From: Prevotella sp.
GTDB lineage: Bacteria; Bacteroidota; Bacteroidia; Bacteroidales; Dysgonomonadaceae
Length of the DNA: 64,000 nucleotides
NCBI GenBank assembly: GCA_031285625.1
Contig: JAITVV010000048.1
Location: forward strand, 1 to 64,000
Reading direction: 5' to 3'
Shown: positions 42,678-53,011 of the stretch, one piece after another
How positions within the stretch are numbered: the stretch's first letter is position 1
How the letters are laid out: each line of letters starts with the position of its first letter
Notes under the pieces: model-generated
Databases searched by the model: none
What the model saw: only the letters and a program-made list of their open reading frames with translations
What the model was told of the DNA's origin: nothing
Translations under genes and position numbers: made by a program

Positions 42678-43313
42678 TTATTTTATTTCAATAAGAAAAT
42701 CTTTTTTAGGATGACGAATCTTTTTCAGGTTTACCAACCAGTCATTTGTTGAATCCCGATAACCTAAAGGTAATATTGTAACACTTTTAAGCCCACGTTC
42801 GTTCAATTTTAATAATTTATCTAATGCTTCATTATCAAATCCTTCCATTGGGGTAGAATCGATTTTCAGATCGGCAGCCATCGCCATTGCAAAACCAAAA
42901 GCAATATATGCCTGACGGGCAGCATGTTCGAAATTTACTTCGGCCGGACGACGTAAATAGGCCTTCTTCAGCCTGTCTGTGTAATCTTTATATTGGTTAG
43001 GGTCCTGTGCCCGGCCTTCAGTAATATATTTATATATTGTATCTATACGTTCTTCTGTATAATTATCCCATGCAGCAAATACCAATAAATGAGAACTATC
43101 TGCTATTTGTTGCTGATTGAATGCAATTGGTACTATCTTGTTTTTTATTTCCTGATTTGTAATTACGAAGATCTCAAAAGGTTGTAAACCTGATGAAGTT
43201 GGTGCCAACCATGCTGCTTCAATGATTTCATCTACTAATTTTTGATCAACTTTTTTCGCCGAATCAAATTTTTTTGTTGCGTATCTCCATTGTAGTGCGT
43301 CTATTAAGCTCAT
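42678..43313 (-). CDS. Nitroreductase family NAD(P)H-dependent oxidoreductase
   Basis: WRYATKKFD, LAPTSSGLQP, DSTPMEGF, LGYR. Confidence 0.93.
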   Translation of the reverse strand: MSLIDALQWRYATKKFDSAKKVDQKLVDEIIEAAWLAPTSSGLQPFEIFVITNQEIKNKIVPIAFNQQQIADSSHLLVFAAWDNYTEERIDTIYKYITEGRAQDPNQYKDYTDRLKKAYLRRPAEVNFEHAARQAYIAFGFAMAMAADLKIDSTPMEGFDNEALDKLLKLNERGLKSVTILPLGYRDSTNDWLVNLKKIRHPKKDFLIEIK

Positions 43314-43359
43314 TTTATTCCTTATTTTTGTTATTCTTTATTTTAGTATGAATGATAAT

Positions 43360-43809
43360 TTATATCAGGTTATCATTACATTTTCCTGTTATTTTTAATA
43401 ATGACTTCAACTGTTCACGTAATAGAACTAACTGCTCGTCATTTGTTTCTAAGGCTTTTTTTATTGCAGGAGGAATTGACTCCGCTTTTTTCTCCAATTC
43501 TTTGCCTTTATCCGATATTATAATATCTACCACTCTCTCATCTGCACTCGAACGTTTTCTTATTAATAACCCATTAGCTTCCATCCTTTTCAGCAAAGGT
43601 GTTAACGTTCCACTATCTAGCCATAACAATTCACCCAGATGTTTTACTGTAACAGACTTGCGTTCCCATAAAACCATAAGTACAAGATATTGGGGATATG
43701 TAAGTCCTAATTTTTCCAAATGGGGACGGTATATTGCGGTTATCTGCCTCGATAAAGCATATATCGGAAAACAGAGTTGGTTTTTTAATTTTAAACTTTC
43801 ATTCATCAT
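43360..43809 (-). CDS. ohrR: MarR/OhrR-type regulator
   Basis: QLCFP.YA sensing Cys, LTYPQYLV, DSGTLTPLLKR, DER. Confidence 0.85.
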   Translation of the reverse strand: MMNESLKLKNQLCFPIYALSRQITAIYRPHLEKLGLTYPQYLVLMVLWERKSVTVKHLGELLWLDSGTLTPLLKRMEANGLLIRKRSSADERVVDIIISDKGKELEKKAESIPPAIKKALETNDEQLVLLREQLKSLLKITGKCNDNLI

Positions 43810-44169
43810 TTTAATTTCTTAAAATTCGATTGTACAAAATTAAATATTTTAAAATTATATTGCAGGCTTCTTTTTGTTAAATAAGATTAATAGGTTAGCC
43901 TTTTCCTTTTTCGTCATGAAAATGAAAAATATGAAAAGCTTTAATTGAAAGGCTCTAGGAATAAAATGTAAACAGATAAGCTGGAATGATAAGAATTGTT
44001 GGCATTCGTTTTGACAATTGTCGGACAACTTTAGTGTTGAACTTATCTAGTCTGACAGATTAGGAGAACATATCGTATCGTCTTTAGCAAAAGATTCAAT
44101 ATCTTCCATTAGCAAAAGCTATATTTTAGGAAATAGAGATTATAACTTGCTATAAAAGTTTTTCAAAAA

Positions 44170-44580
44170 TTAGGGATTAAATGTTTTCTCCATTATTATA
44201 TAGTCATAGCCATTTTGAACAAAAGACTTATCAGTTTCTTTATATCCAAACTTTTTGTAAAAACCTGTGGCATTAGTTCTGGCATTGCACCATAAACGAT
44301 CAAATTTCATATCATTAGCATAGTCTGTAAGCCATTGCATCAATGCAGATGCATACCCCTTCCTTTGCATATCAGTACGGGTAGCTAATTTACGAAATTG
44401 CACTTCCCTGCCATGCAAGAAGACAGACATCACTGACATTAACTCTTCGTTTTCATATACGCCGATATGCAGCCCCATATCGTCGTCGGGAAGTTTTACA
44501 AATTCAATACTTTTGTCAGGATACATTACTTGTTGACGCATAGCCAGTACTTCTTCATATGGTGCTTCTGATATAATCAT
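44170..44580 (-). CDS. GNAT N-acetyltransferase
   Basis: QFRKLA...QRKGYAS, WCNAR, FYKKFG. Confidence 0.9.
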   Translation of the reverse strand: MIISEAPYEEVLAMRQQVMYPDKSIEFVKLPDDDMGLHIGVYENEELMSVMSVFLHGREVQFRKLATRTDMQRKGYASALMQWLTDYANDMKFDRLWCNARTNATGFYKKFGYKETDKSFVQNGYDYIIMEKTFNP

Positions 44581-44584
44581 TTCT

Positions 44585-46063
44585 TTAAAATTTATAAGTT
44601 AACATTAAGCGTCCTTCTGATGTTTGAGAAAAAACATCATCAAAATATTTATAGTTCGTATCACGGGTATAATTATATACAATACCTGTAAGGAAAAGAT
44701 GATCTCTCAACTTCACATCCGCCCTAAGGCTTATAGCATGCAGTATAGCCTGCGACTTATCTCCCTGATAATCGAATTCATGTACATCGATAGTGTCCCA
44801 GTCTATATCCTGTGGATATCCCTTCCAAGTAAACATCCGATATATTTCGTAATTTCCGGACAAACTGATCCGATCTTTATATGTAAGGTTGAATCCAGCC
44901 TTTGTGCTAAAACCACTAGCCAGATTATAATTACGCATATCCACTACATAGTGATCACTCAACGCACCTCCCAATAAAACCAGATTAGCATGTAAATATG
45001 CATCAAATCCTACATTTCTTACACGCTTGCTCTGATAAATAAGCCCTGTACCAAAGGATGCAGGGGTGCAGAATTTATAAGGGATCTTCGCCGAAACATC
45101 AGATATTGTATCCGAATCATAATAATCAAAGTGCTGATAAAATCCCAAACTTAAAAAATCATTTTTTGTATCTACCAGATCGGTCACATATAGCCGTCCG
45201 ATTATATTTAATTGGCTAAGCATTGGCTGAGAACTATGAATATTCAGATTACTCTTAAAAGTAAAATAATCATATGGCTTCTCATTTTCATCCGAAAATC
45301 GATCACCATATTCAATATTTATATCCATTGCAGCCCCTACCCCCTTGTCCAGAATTTCTCCTTTTAATTCAAGAATGCGTACTCCGGCCGATAATTCAAC
45401 ACTTACATCAGGTACTCCAAATTGTTTTCCGGATGTAGACCGTCTACGCCAGGCATCACCATTTAGGATACGTGTAAGACCTCTGGTTGGAGCAATCAGA
45501 AACCCGGCTAGCTCTCGCCCAAAACGGTGCGTACCTTCTCTTCTATCATCAAGAACTAAATCTGATGTACGATATAGTACTTCCCCAAGAGACAATCCGC
45601 CTATAGGTGTAGCTATAATATCATTGAATGATGGGTATTCATTTTCCATAAACAATTCCCACATAGCACTACCGCCAAATGCAAAAAGTCCTGACTGCCA
45701 GTAATTATAACCTCTCGATCGAGCTGAATTATAGTATAAACTACCATGATATGGATGCAGGAACATATTTGTACCCATCTGGTCATTGTCCCAGACAAAA
45801 CGGTGAGAAAGATTTTTCTTTATTGTATGCATATTTATATATGCAAACTCTTCTTTCATAATAAACCGATCAAATCCCCATATCCCCATATTTAAAGTGA
45901 AATTCTGAGCAGCAGCTCCCCATCCATTTTTTTTGGAATAATAAGCTATATCAAGAGAGTCTGCAGGCTTGGGGGGTGCAACCTGATACCGTATAGCAAA
46001 CTGTGCTTGTGCAGAGAAAGATATTAATAGAAATATTATTAATAGGTGAAGCTTATTTTGCAT
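44585..46063 (-). CDS. DUF3943 domain outer-membrane protein
   Basis: WDND...N...HPYHG..Y..AR, WE...E.E.PS.ND; ends TYKF. Confidence 0.85.
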   Translation of the reverse strand: MQNKLHLLIIFLLISFSAQAQFAIRYQVAPPKPADSLDIAYYSKKNGWGAAAQNFTLNMGIWGFDRFIMKEEFAYINMHTIKKNLSHRFVWDNDQMGTNMFLHPYHGSLYYNSARSRGYNYWQSGLFAFGGSAMWELFMENEYPSFNDIIATPIGGLSLGEVLYRTSDLVLDDRREGTHRFGRELAGFLIAPTRGLTRILNGDAWRRRSTSGKQFGVPDVSVELSAGVRILELKGEILDKGVGAAMDINIEYGDRFSDENEKPYDYFTFKSNLNIHSSQPMLSQLNIIGRLYVTDLVDTKNDFLSLGFYQHFDYYDSDTISDVSAKIPYKFCTPASFGTGLIYQSKRVRNVGFDAYLHANLVLLGGALSDHYVVDMRNYNLASGFSTKAGFNLTYKDRISLSGNYEIYRMFTWKGYPQDIDWDTIDVHEFDYQGDKSQAILHAISLRADVKLRDHLFLTGIVYNYTRDTNYKYFDDVFSQTSEGRLMLTYKF

Positions 46064-46181
46064 CTAAAGATTTACTAAGTTATCTTAAAGGGTACAAAGA
46101 TACAATATTTAATAAATTGGGAAACAGTACTATCAAGAATGTGAACCGAGAATTATTTTTTCTATCTTTGATTATAACTTT

Positions 46182-47069
46182 ATGGAATCAGGGGCAATGA
46201 AGAATCGTATTGAAGAAAGAAACAGGCAACTAAGAGAAAAAGGATTTGAAAAAACACTTAACTATGCCTGTGCTATAAATGATATTATTCAAGTAAAGAA
46301 GAAGCTCGAAAATATCAAACCTACAGAACTGAATAAGAAAGCTAGTTATTTTGGAACTGCTCTACATATAGCATGTGATGATAATAATATTGAAATTGTA
46401 AAACTATTACTTACAGCAGGGGCTGACCTGGAAATAAAAGACGTTGCCAGCAATACGGCTCTTGCTATTACAATAGAACGAGGATATGAGGATTTAGCAC
46501 ATTTCCTCATTGATGCCGGTGCAGATATACATACATTAGGAACACACCGAACTACTATGATACATCTGGCTTGTTTAAGATGTAGTCGCCAGATGATAGA
46601 ATATCTGATAAGCAAAGGACTTGATGTAAATGCTTTGGCAAGTGACAAGCGTAGTGCGCTGATATACACGACAAATAATGGAGGAAACATTGAAGCTGCC
46701 AGAACATTGATTGAAAATGGGATAAGTTCAGACCATTTTTCGGAAGCCTTTAAAGAAGCCTGTTGGCGGGGAAATCCCGATATTGCTCAGTTACTGCTTG
46801 CACATGGTGCTGATAAGAATGTTATCATGGGTAAAACCGGAAAAAAACCTGAGACACTTTTCTGGATATGCAATAAAGGAACTTACCTAGACGTAATAAA
46901 GAAAAGATACCTTTCGGTTATAGAACTGCTTTTAGCCAATGGTTTCGATTTTATGTCCAAATACAAATTTAAGGGGCTGATGATATCTTATGACGGCTCA
47001 CCTCTGGATAAAGCAATCGATTCTGGTTTCACCGAAGCCGTTAAATTGATTGAAGGTTATAAAAGCTAA
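46182..47069 (+). CDS. Ankyrin-repeat protein
   Basis: Repeated TALH.A...IVKLLL.AGAD units. Confidence 0.9.
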   Translation: MESGAMKNRIEERNRQLREKGFEKTLNYACAINDIIQVKKKLENIKPTELNKKASYFGTALHIACDDNNIEIVKLLLTAGADLEIKDVASNTALAITIERGYEDLAHFLIDAGADIHTLGTHRTTMIHLACLRCSRQMIEYLISKGLDVNALASDKRSALIYTTNNGGNIEAARTLIENGISSDHFSEAFKEACWRGNPDIAQLLLAHGADKNVIMGKTGKKPETLFWICNKGTYLDVIKKRYLSVIELLLANGFDFMSKYKFKGLMISYDGSPLDKAIDSGFTEAVKLIEGYKS

Positions 47070-47081
47070 TATAAAAAGATT

Positions 47082-47819
47082 GTGATGAAGCATATATCCT
47101 GGTTATTGATATTTATAATCTCCTCCATTTATGGAAATGCACAAATAGATACTAACGACAGTATACCCCGAATTCAGATGGATAATATATATTATCCAAA
47201 CCCCTATAGAAATAATAATTTATCTGAATACTACAGTCCTGATCAGATCGACTTTAGTAAAGATTTTCTATTTTTGGAAACTAAACGAACTGAGGCTAAT
47301 GCATTTCTTATAGATGTCAGTAAATACAGTTTCGAGCCGGATATATTCTGCACCGGAGACTCCGGGCAGAATGGGATATTTGACAAAGATAATCAACAGA
47401 TAAAAATACATATTACCAAGACTGAAAAGATAGATAGTGACAGTCTGGCTTTCCATATAGTAGGAAAATCCGACATGAAAGGAGTCATCTGTCAGCTTGA
47501 AGGTAAGATTACAATTTTGTCCGTATATAAGTATATGGCCGACCGGGTTTATCCGGGTCAAGGGATTATTTTCGCCAAATATGAATTCTTTGAAAATAAG
47601 GGACAGGAACACCCCGGTATTTTCAGAGGAATTTTTAAAGCCACTATAAGAATTAATCCAAAGATTCAGAAAATCAAACTGGATGAAAGGCTTAACCGAG
47701 GAAACTTATATAATAACCGTACTTATGTGGGTACGTGGACCACATATGATGGTGAAACTATAAAAAAGTGTATCTGGGGTGATAATAGATTACCTTTTAC
47801 TTTCGATTCAGCAGACTAA
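47082..47819 (+). CDS. Hypothetical secreted protein
   Basis: Signal peptide ending AQ; G.F.G, N..YVGTW..Y, C.WG..R.P. Confidence 0.7.
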   Translation: MMKHISWLLIFIISSIYGNAQIDTNDSIPRIQMDNIYYPNPYRNNNLSEYYSPDQIDFSKDFLFLETKRTEANAFLIDVSKYSFEPDIFCTGDSGQNGIFDKDNQQIKIHITKTEKIDSDSLAFHIVGKSDMKGVICQLEGKITILSVYKYMADRVYPGQGIIFAKYEFFENKGQEHPGIFRGIFKATIRINPKIQKIKLDERLNRGNLYNNRTYVGTWTTYDGETIKKCIWGDNRLPFTFDSAD

Positions 47820-47864
47820 ACTTATCAATAAGAAAATGGTTCTATATTTAAATCTACATATAAA

Positions 47865-48848
47865 ATGAATACAGATCCTGATAAGATAAAACAACGCGTT
47901 CAAACCATAATAGTAACCTGCGGCGTTATATTGATGGCTGGCAAATTTACGGCATACTTTCTGACCAATTCTGTTGGTATATTAACGGATGCTATGGAAA
48001 GTATTGTAAATGTCACTGCAGGATTTATCAGTCTTTACGCTATTCGTCAGGCCGCAAAACCTAAAGACGAGGACCATCCTTTCGGACATGGCAAAATAGA
48101 ATTAATCTCAGCATCTATAGAAGGTATCCTTATATTTATAGCCGGAGGTGTAATTATATATGAAGGTATACAACGACTATTTACTCCGTCAATTATCGAA
48201 AAATTAGATATAGGTATTGTTGTTATTGCCACCGCAGGAGTTGTTAACTATCTACTGGGATGGTATAGCATACGGCAAGGGAAAAAATATGATTCGATCG
48301 CTCTAGTCGCCGGAGGTAAACATTTACAATCTGATACTTATTCTACAATTGGGTTAGTTGTCGGACTAATCATGCTTTACTTTACCGGATTAGCCTGGAT
48401 AGACAGTGCTCTGGCCATAATATTTGGCGGCATAATATCCTTTACCGGAATAAGTATCTTACGCAAAACTATAAACAACCTGATTGATACAGCTGATAAA
48501 GAAGCATTGGAAATAATAACCAAATCAATCAGTGAAAACCGGAAACAAGATTGGATCGATATCCACAACCTGAAAGTACTAAAATATGGAGGCGACTATT
48601 TTATCGACTGTGACCTTACACTACCCTGGTACTACAACATAACAGAGGGACATCAATCTTGCGAAGAGTTGAGAATGTGCCTCGTCAAATTATTTCCTCA
48701 GGGCGCACTTATTTCTATACATTCAGATTCCTGCCTCGAAAAATATTGTGCTGTATGCCCTGTAAAGGACTGCCAATACCGTAAAAAGGCCTTTACCGGC
48801 CTTGTACCATTTACGATGGAAAAACTAATTACACAGGAAGAAAGCTGA
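47865..48848 (+). CDS. Cation diffusion facilitator transporter
   Basis: TDAMES, DEDHPFGHGK.E, HLQSD, C-terminal Cys cluster. Confidence 0.93.
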   Translation: MNTDPDKIKQRVQTIIVTCGVILMAGKFTAYFLTNSVGILTDAMESIVNVTAGFISLYAIRQAAKPKDEDHPFGHGKIELISASIEGILIFIAGGVIIYEGIQRLFTPSIIEKLDIGIVVIATAGVVNYLLGWYSIRQGKKYDSIALVAGGKHLQSDTYSTIGLVVGLIMLYFTGLAWIDSALAIIFGGIISFTGISILRKTINNLIDTADKEALEIITKSISENRKQDWIDIHNLKVLKYGGDYFIDCDLTLPWYYNITEGHQSCEELRMCLVKLFPQGALISIHSDSCLEKYCAVCPVKDCQYRKKAFTGLVPFTMEKLITQEES

Positions 48849-48984
48849 AACTATTCTTTAAACAATTTACTCATTTTAAGTGTTTTTACCTAGGCAAAGG
48901 TTGTTACACCCTACCCTGCTATTTCTGATTATTATTAAATATTTCACATCTTAAAAATTACCTTTGCACATATTTTACCATAAA

Positions 48985-50397
48985 ATGAAATTAAGCAAAT
49001 CACATACCGTAGCATTAATAGTTGCCATAGCATTTTTTATGCAGGGCTTAGATACTACTGCAGTAAACACTGCGATTCCGGCTATGGCCCGCTCTTTTGG
49101 AACAGATGTTGTGCACCTGAGTTCGGGGGTCACATCATATCTTATAGCCCTAGCAATCTTTATCCCGGTAAGTGGATGGATAGCAGATAGATATGGAATC
49201 CGGAAAGTATTCTGTACAGCAGTAATACTATTTATACTGGCATCCGCATTATGTGGTATATCCCAATCACTTACACAATTTGTGATGTTCCGCATCTTTC
49301 AGGGAATGGCCGGAGCTATGATGACCCCTGTCGGACGTCTGGCTGTATTAAAGTCTTCAACGAAGGAAGATTTAGTAACAACAATGGCCTACATTACCTG
49401 GCCTGCACTTGTTGCCCCTATATTAGGCCCTTTAGTCGGCGGATATCTTACAACATATTGGTCATGGCATTGGATATTTTATCTGAATATCCCTATCAGT
49501 ATAATATGTGTTGTTTTAGCATGGCATTTTATACCCGAAGAAAAAGACGATGGCTTACCTAAGCGGAGATTCGATGCTGTCGGATTTGTTTTCAGCGGAC
49601 TTGCCCTGGCAGGATTCATGTATGGAGTAGAACTGCTTAGCCGTTCAGAAGTCCCCTATTATGTATCGGCTATAATTATCATTATTAGTGTATGTCTGCT
49701 ATTATTCAATATCCGCTACTCAAAGCATATCTCTAATCCTCTGATAGATTATTCAATTGTGAAGATACCTACTTATAAAATTACAATATTTACAGGTTCT
49801 CTTTCCCGTATGGTGATTGGAGTAGCTCCATACCTTGTCCCTCTGATGTTTCAGGAAGGTTTTGGATTAAATCCATTCCAATCGGGTATGCTGTTTTTGG
49901 CAACTATGGCTGGTAACCTGACGATGAAACCTGCTACAATTTGGATAATGAGGCATTACAATTTCCGCACGGTTTTGGTCGCTAACGGGTTCCTGGTTGC
50001 ACTGTTTACATTCTTCACGGCCTTGCTGCTACCAACCACCCCTGTTATATTGATCGTAGTAGTTATGTTCTTGTCAGGTATGTTCCGCTCCATGCAGTTT
50101 AGCGCCATTACAACATTAGCTTTTGCCGAAATACCTCAAAAAAGCATGACTGCAGCGAATACATTATATAGTACAGTACAACAAATGTCGACAGGTATGG
50201 GTATTGCAATGGGAGCTGTATTCCTCAGATTCTCCAATATGATAAATGGACATACCGAGCATTACACTGTAGCCGACTTTCGTCTTGCGTTCATATTTGT
50301 AGCCGCCCTTGGAATAATCTCACTATATGGCTTTACCAAACTTGCTCCGGATGCAGGTGATGCAGTAAGAGTAAAGAAAAGGGACAGGAATGCATAA
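48985..50397 (+). CDS. MFS DHA2-type efflux transporter
   Basis: FFM..LD.T, GW.ADR.G, R..QG..GAMM.PVGR, WHWIFY.N.P. Confidence 0.92.
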   Translation: MKLSKSHTVALIVAIAFFMQGLDTTAVNTAIPAMARSFGTDVVHLSSGVTSYLIALAIFIPVSGWIADRYGIRKVFCTAVILFILASALCGISQSLTQFVMFRIFQGMAGAMMTPVGRLAVLKSSTKEDLVTTMAYITWPALVAPILGPLVGGYLTTYWSWHWIFYLNIPISIICVVLAWHFIPEEKDDGLPKRRFDAVGFVFSGLALAGFMYGVELLSRSEVPYYVSAIIIIISVCLLLFNIRYSKHISNPLIDYSIVKIPTYKITIFTGSLSRMVIGVAPYLVPLMFQEGFGLNPFQSGMLFLATMAGNLTMKPATIWIMRHYNFRTVLVANGFLVALFTFFTALLLPTTPVILIVVVMFLSGMFRSMQFSAITTLAFAEIPQKSMTAANTLYSTVQQMSTGMGIAMGAVFLRFSNMINGHTEHYTVADFRLAFIFVAALGIISLYGFTKLAPDAGDAVRVKKRDRNA

Positions 50398-50407
50398 ATT
50401 GAAAAAA

Positions 50408-50534
50408 GTAACAAAAGTGACACTTTTATGATACATTTTTAAGTGTCACATTTTCTTGTTAGCTATTACGCTTCTCTTAGTAATTCTTAAAAAAGTAACA
50501 AAGGTAACAGTTCCGAATATGTTTTATTTGTTAC
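50408..50534. repeat. GTRAC-AAAR-GTRAC direct/inverted repeat cluster (largest of five intergenic instances)
   Basis: gtaacaaaagtgac...gtcac and gtaacaaaggtaac...gttac; related motifs at 103-154, 13451-13555, 24756-24796 and 63905-63922. Confidence 0.6.
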
Positions 50535-50731
50535 TTTTTTCCTATACGATATCAAAGACCTCTTTATATAAGATAATTTTACAATTTAAATACTCCTCTC
50601 GTAAGACTATAAAATATCATGCTTTATTAAACATCTAATATACTGCAAAATAACCTTGATATAAATTAATTCAAAACAAACGGATTCTTTGGTGAAGTAA
50701 ATACCAACCCCCAATAAATATTAAAAACTTA

Positions 50732-50779
50732 GTTAATTAACTAAATAGCCTGAACATAATATTATTATATGTGGTTATA
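50732..50779 (+). promoter_or_regulatory. ECF-like promoter with upstream palindrome
   Basis: GTTAATTAAC-N10-GAAC-N18-GTTATA. Confidence 0.6.
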
Positions 50780-50783
50780 GGCT

Positions 50784-50849
50784 ATGTAGTTTTGTAAAGT
50801 TTGTGTTAAGGTATGAGAAAGTCCTGCGACGTGAGGTTGCGGGCTTTTT
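50784..50849 (+). ncRNA. Candidate small RNA, paralogous family copy 2
   Basis: AUGUAGUUUUGUAAAGUUUGUGUUAAGG + AAGUCCUGCGAC-GUGA-GGUUGCGGGCUU-UUU. Confidence 0.72.
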
Positions 50850-51555
50850 AATTTATAATACTACTATTTCTTATTTTGCTTAGATCTACAATTTTTGTTT
50901 CCTCCATCGCCTCCTCATTCCGAAATGTGATCTCTATCTTATGATCAGGCATCTTTTTTATAACATTCTCATCTCCGTTTTCAAATTGCCATTCCCAAAC
51001 AGGAAAATCAAAAAGATTATTCCATTTGTTTTCTTTATAGCTGAAAATATAATATGTATTGGTACTCGACCAATCTGCATAATTGACTAAATATAGTAAT
51101 TCATCGCCTCCATCGCCATCCAGATCTCCTTTATTATCCATAAAATACAGACCAAACAGTTGTCCTCCGGCATCAATAGTAGTAACAGTATCCGTTACAT
51201 TATTTTTGTTGATAATATAGATTACGGGATCTAGTTTCATTGTCCGCTCCACCAATTCATCATAACTTATTTTATCTCCATATAAAAACAATGGAGAAGC
51301 TATCGCTCTATTGAGAACCCGGCTATAATAACATACATACAATGTATCTGTTTTCCCATCTCCCTTCCAATTACCAGTAACCATTTCCGGAGTATAACCA
51401 CTCAGAGATTGCGGAACTTCTTGAATATCCCAGTTTAAAGGAACTTTATTATCTGCAAGGCAAATCGAATCAATAATTACATTTCCGTTATTTGCTGTTT
51501 GATTTTTATTGCAGGATATAGTTGCTATAAAAAGTAAAATAATAATTTTTTTCAT
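50848..51555 (-). CDS. Hypothetical lipoprotein
   Basis: Lipobox ISC; GDLDGDGGDEL Ca-binding-like loop. Confidence 0.75.
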   Translation of the reverse strand: MKKIIILLFIATISCNKNQTANNGNVIIDSICLADNKVPLNWDIQEVPQSLSGYTPEMVTGNWKGDGKTDTLYVCYYSRVLNRAIASPLFLYGDKISYDELVERTMKLDPVIYIINKNNVTDTVTTIDAGGQLFGLYFMDNKGDLDGDGGDELLYLVNYADWSSTNTYYIFSYKENKWNNLFDFPVWEWQFENGDENVIKKMPDHKIEITFRNEEAMEETKIVDLSKIRNSSIIN

Positions 51556-51901
51556 ATTTAATTATCCGTTATTGATAAATAAACTTTCAGAGCATGTGTT
51601 ATTATGTGTTTTCAAAAATAAAATATCAGGTAAATTCGTAAATAAGCTTTCTTTTTCTTTTAGTTTCTTTGTAAATATATAAAAAAGAAAATATATCTCG
51701 CCAATATAGTAATAAACTATCAAATAAGCACTTACTTAACCGGCATATATGTATAAAAAAAAATATAGCAATCCCTCCTGACATTAACTTATTAATAACT
51801 TACTTCAAATGAATGTAATACAGATTTTATAGATATAAAAAAAATCAACCTATATAATTTTAACTTTTTTCTTCAATTATATTAATCTATATTTGCATTA
51901 T

Positions 51902-52111
51902 AATCAAAGATTTGAGTAATTTTTTTACACTTTTCTAAATGCCATTACCTGAAACTAAAAGAATAGTTGAAGTGAAATGAAGTGTTAATATTAAGTACAC
52001 AAATTGCTTTTGGACGGAATGATGCAAAGTCCGGGATCATTGATCCAGATTTCCAGCCGAAGCAAACTTTATAATCCTCCTCAGCCTCCGAACCCTCGGA
52101 GGTTATTTTTT
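51902..52111 (+). ncRNA. Candidate ~210-nt structured RNA or attenuated leader with a 13-codon uORF
   Basis: TATATTTG -7 box at 51888-51895, branched stem at 52004-52065, terminator at 52085-52111. Confidence 0.5.
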
Positions 52112-52155
52112 AGATAACTTTACGATTAATGTTTTTTCTTCTGTAATTTAGCTGA

Positions 52156-52902
52156 ATGAATGGCAGACTACTTAAATATATAGTAATATTTTCCGCTTTT
52201 TCAGTGATACTACTCATTAGTATATGGGTATACCGGGATGAACAAAGCAAGAAGGCTGAAAGCTTTAATAGTGAGTCGTTCAAAGCTATTGGATATACTA
52301 ATAATGAATTTGACCTGTTTTGTGATATTGCCTTTAACAGAAATGGTGAACGAATAAGGAAATGGAGTACAGACATAAAGGTAGAAATAAAAGAACCACA
52401 TAGACTGAATAGTAGCTCGATAGCTGAGGTTGACTCTGTAATTGCTATATTGGGGCCATTAATAGCTCCGTTAAAAATAGAACGTGTGTGGAATAATGGA
52501 AATGTATATGTATACAGAAAAGTTGACAAGGTTAGACTATCCGATTATCATGCAAATGTACCGGTTGCTTTGAAAGGTCTTACCCAGAAGAATAAAGAGT
52601 CAGATTCTTCGTGGGAAATTAATTTTGCCAGCGTATATGTCAGAGAAGGTGCCAATACCCAGACTCTTCTCCATGAATTTGAACATGTACTGGGCCTGGA
52701 GCATCCATTGAGGATATACCCTTTTTATATAACAATAGGACGATCCATAATACCTGAATTATTTTATTCAGAAACAGAACAGATTTATCTCAAACATCCT
52801 TTTTACATCTCTGAACAAGAAAAAACAGTAATAAGAATGTTATACTCTTCTGAAATAAAATCAGGACTGCACAAGGACAATTTTTTGAATAAAATGAGAT
52901 GA
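52156..52902 (+). CDS. Membrane-anchored zincin-like metallopeptidase (DUF2927-like)
   Basis: HEFEHVLGLEH (HExxHxxGxxH), IRKW, MLYS..I.SG. Confidence 0.75.
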   Translation: MNGRLLKYIVIFSAFSVILLISIWVYRDEQSKKAESFNSESFKAIGYTNNEFDLFCDIAFNRNGERIRKWSTDIKVEIKEPHRLNSSSIAEVDSVIAILGPLIAPLKIERVWNNGNVYVYRKVDKVRLSDYHANVPVALKGLTQKNKESDSSWEINFASVYVREGANTQTLLHEFEHVLGLEHPLRIYPFYITIGRSIIPELFYSETEQIYLKHPFYISEQEKTVIRMLYSSEIKSGLHKDNFLNKMR

Positions 52903-53011
52903 AAATATTGATTATTTTCCCCATCATCATGCTTCCCATCTGTTTACGACACATAGATTTGTGTGATATAAACGAAAAACTATATCTTTGATATCTCTAA
53001 ATCACATAAAT

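Noticed and set aside
43870-44165. Possible gene remnant or ncRNA between ohrR and the GNAT gene
   Set aside because: No convincing reading frame, hairpin-terminator or repeat match could be identified by eye.
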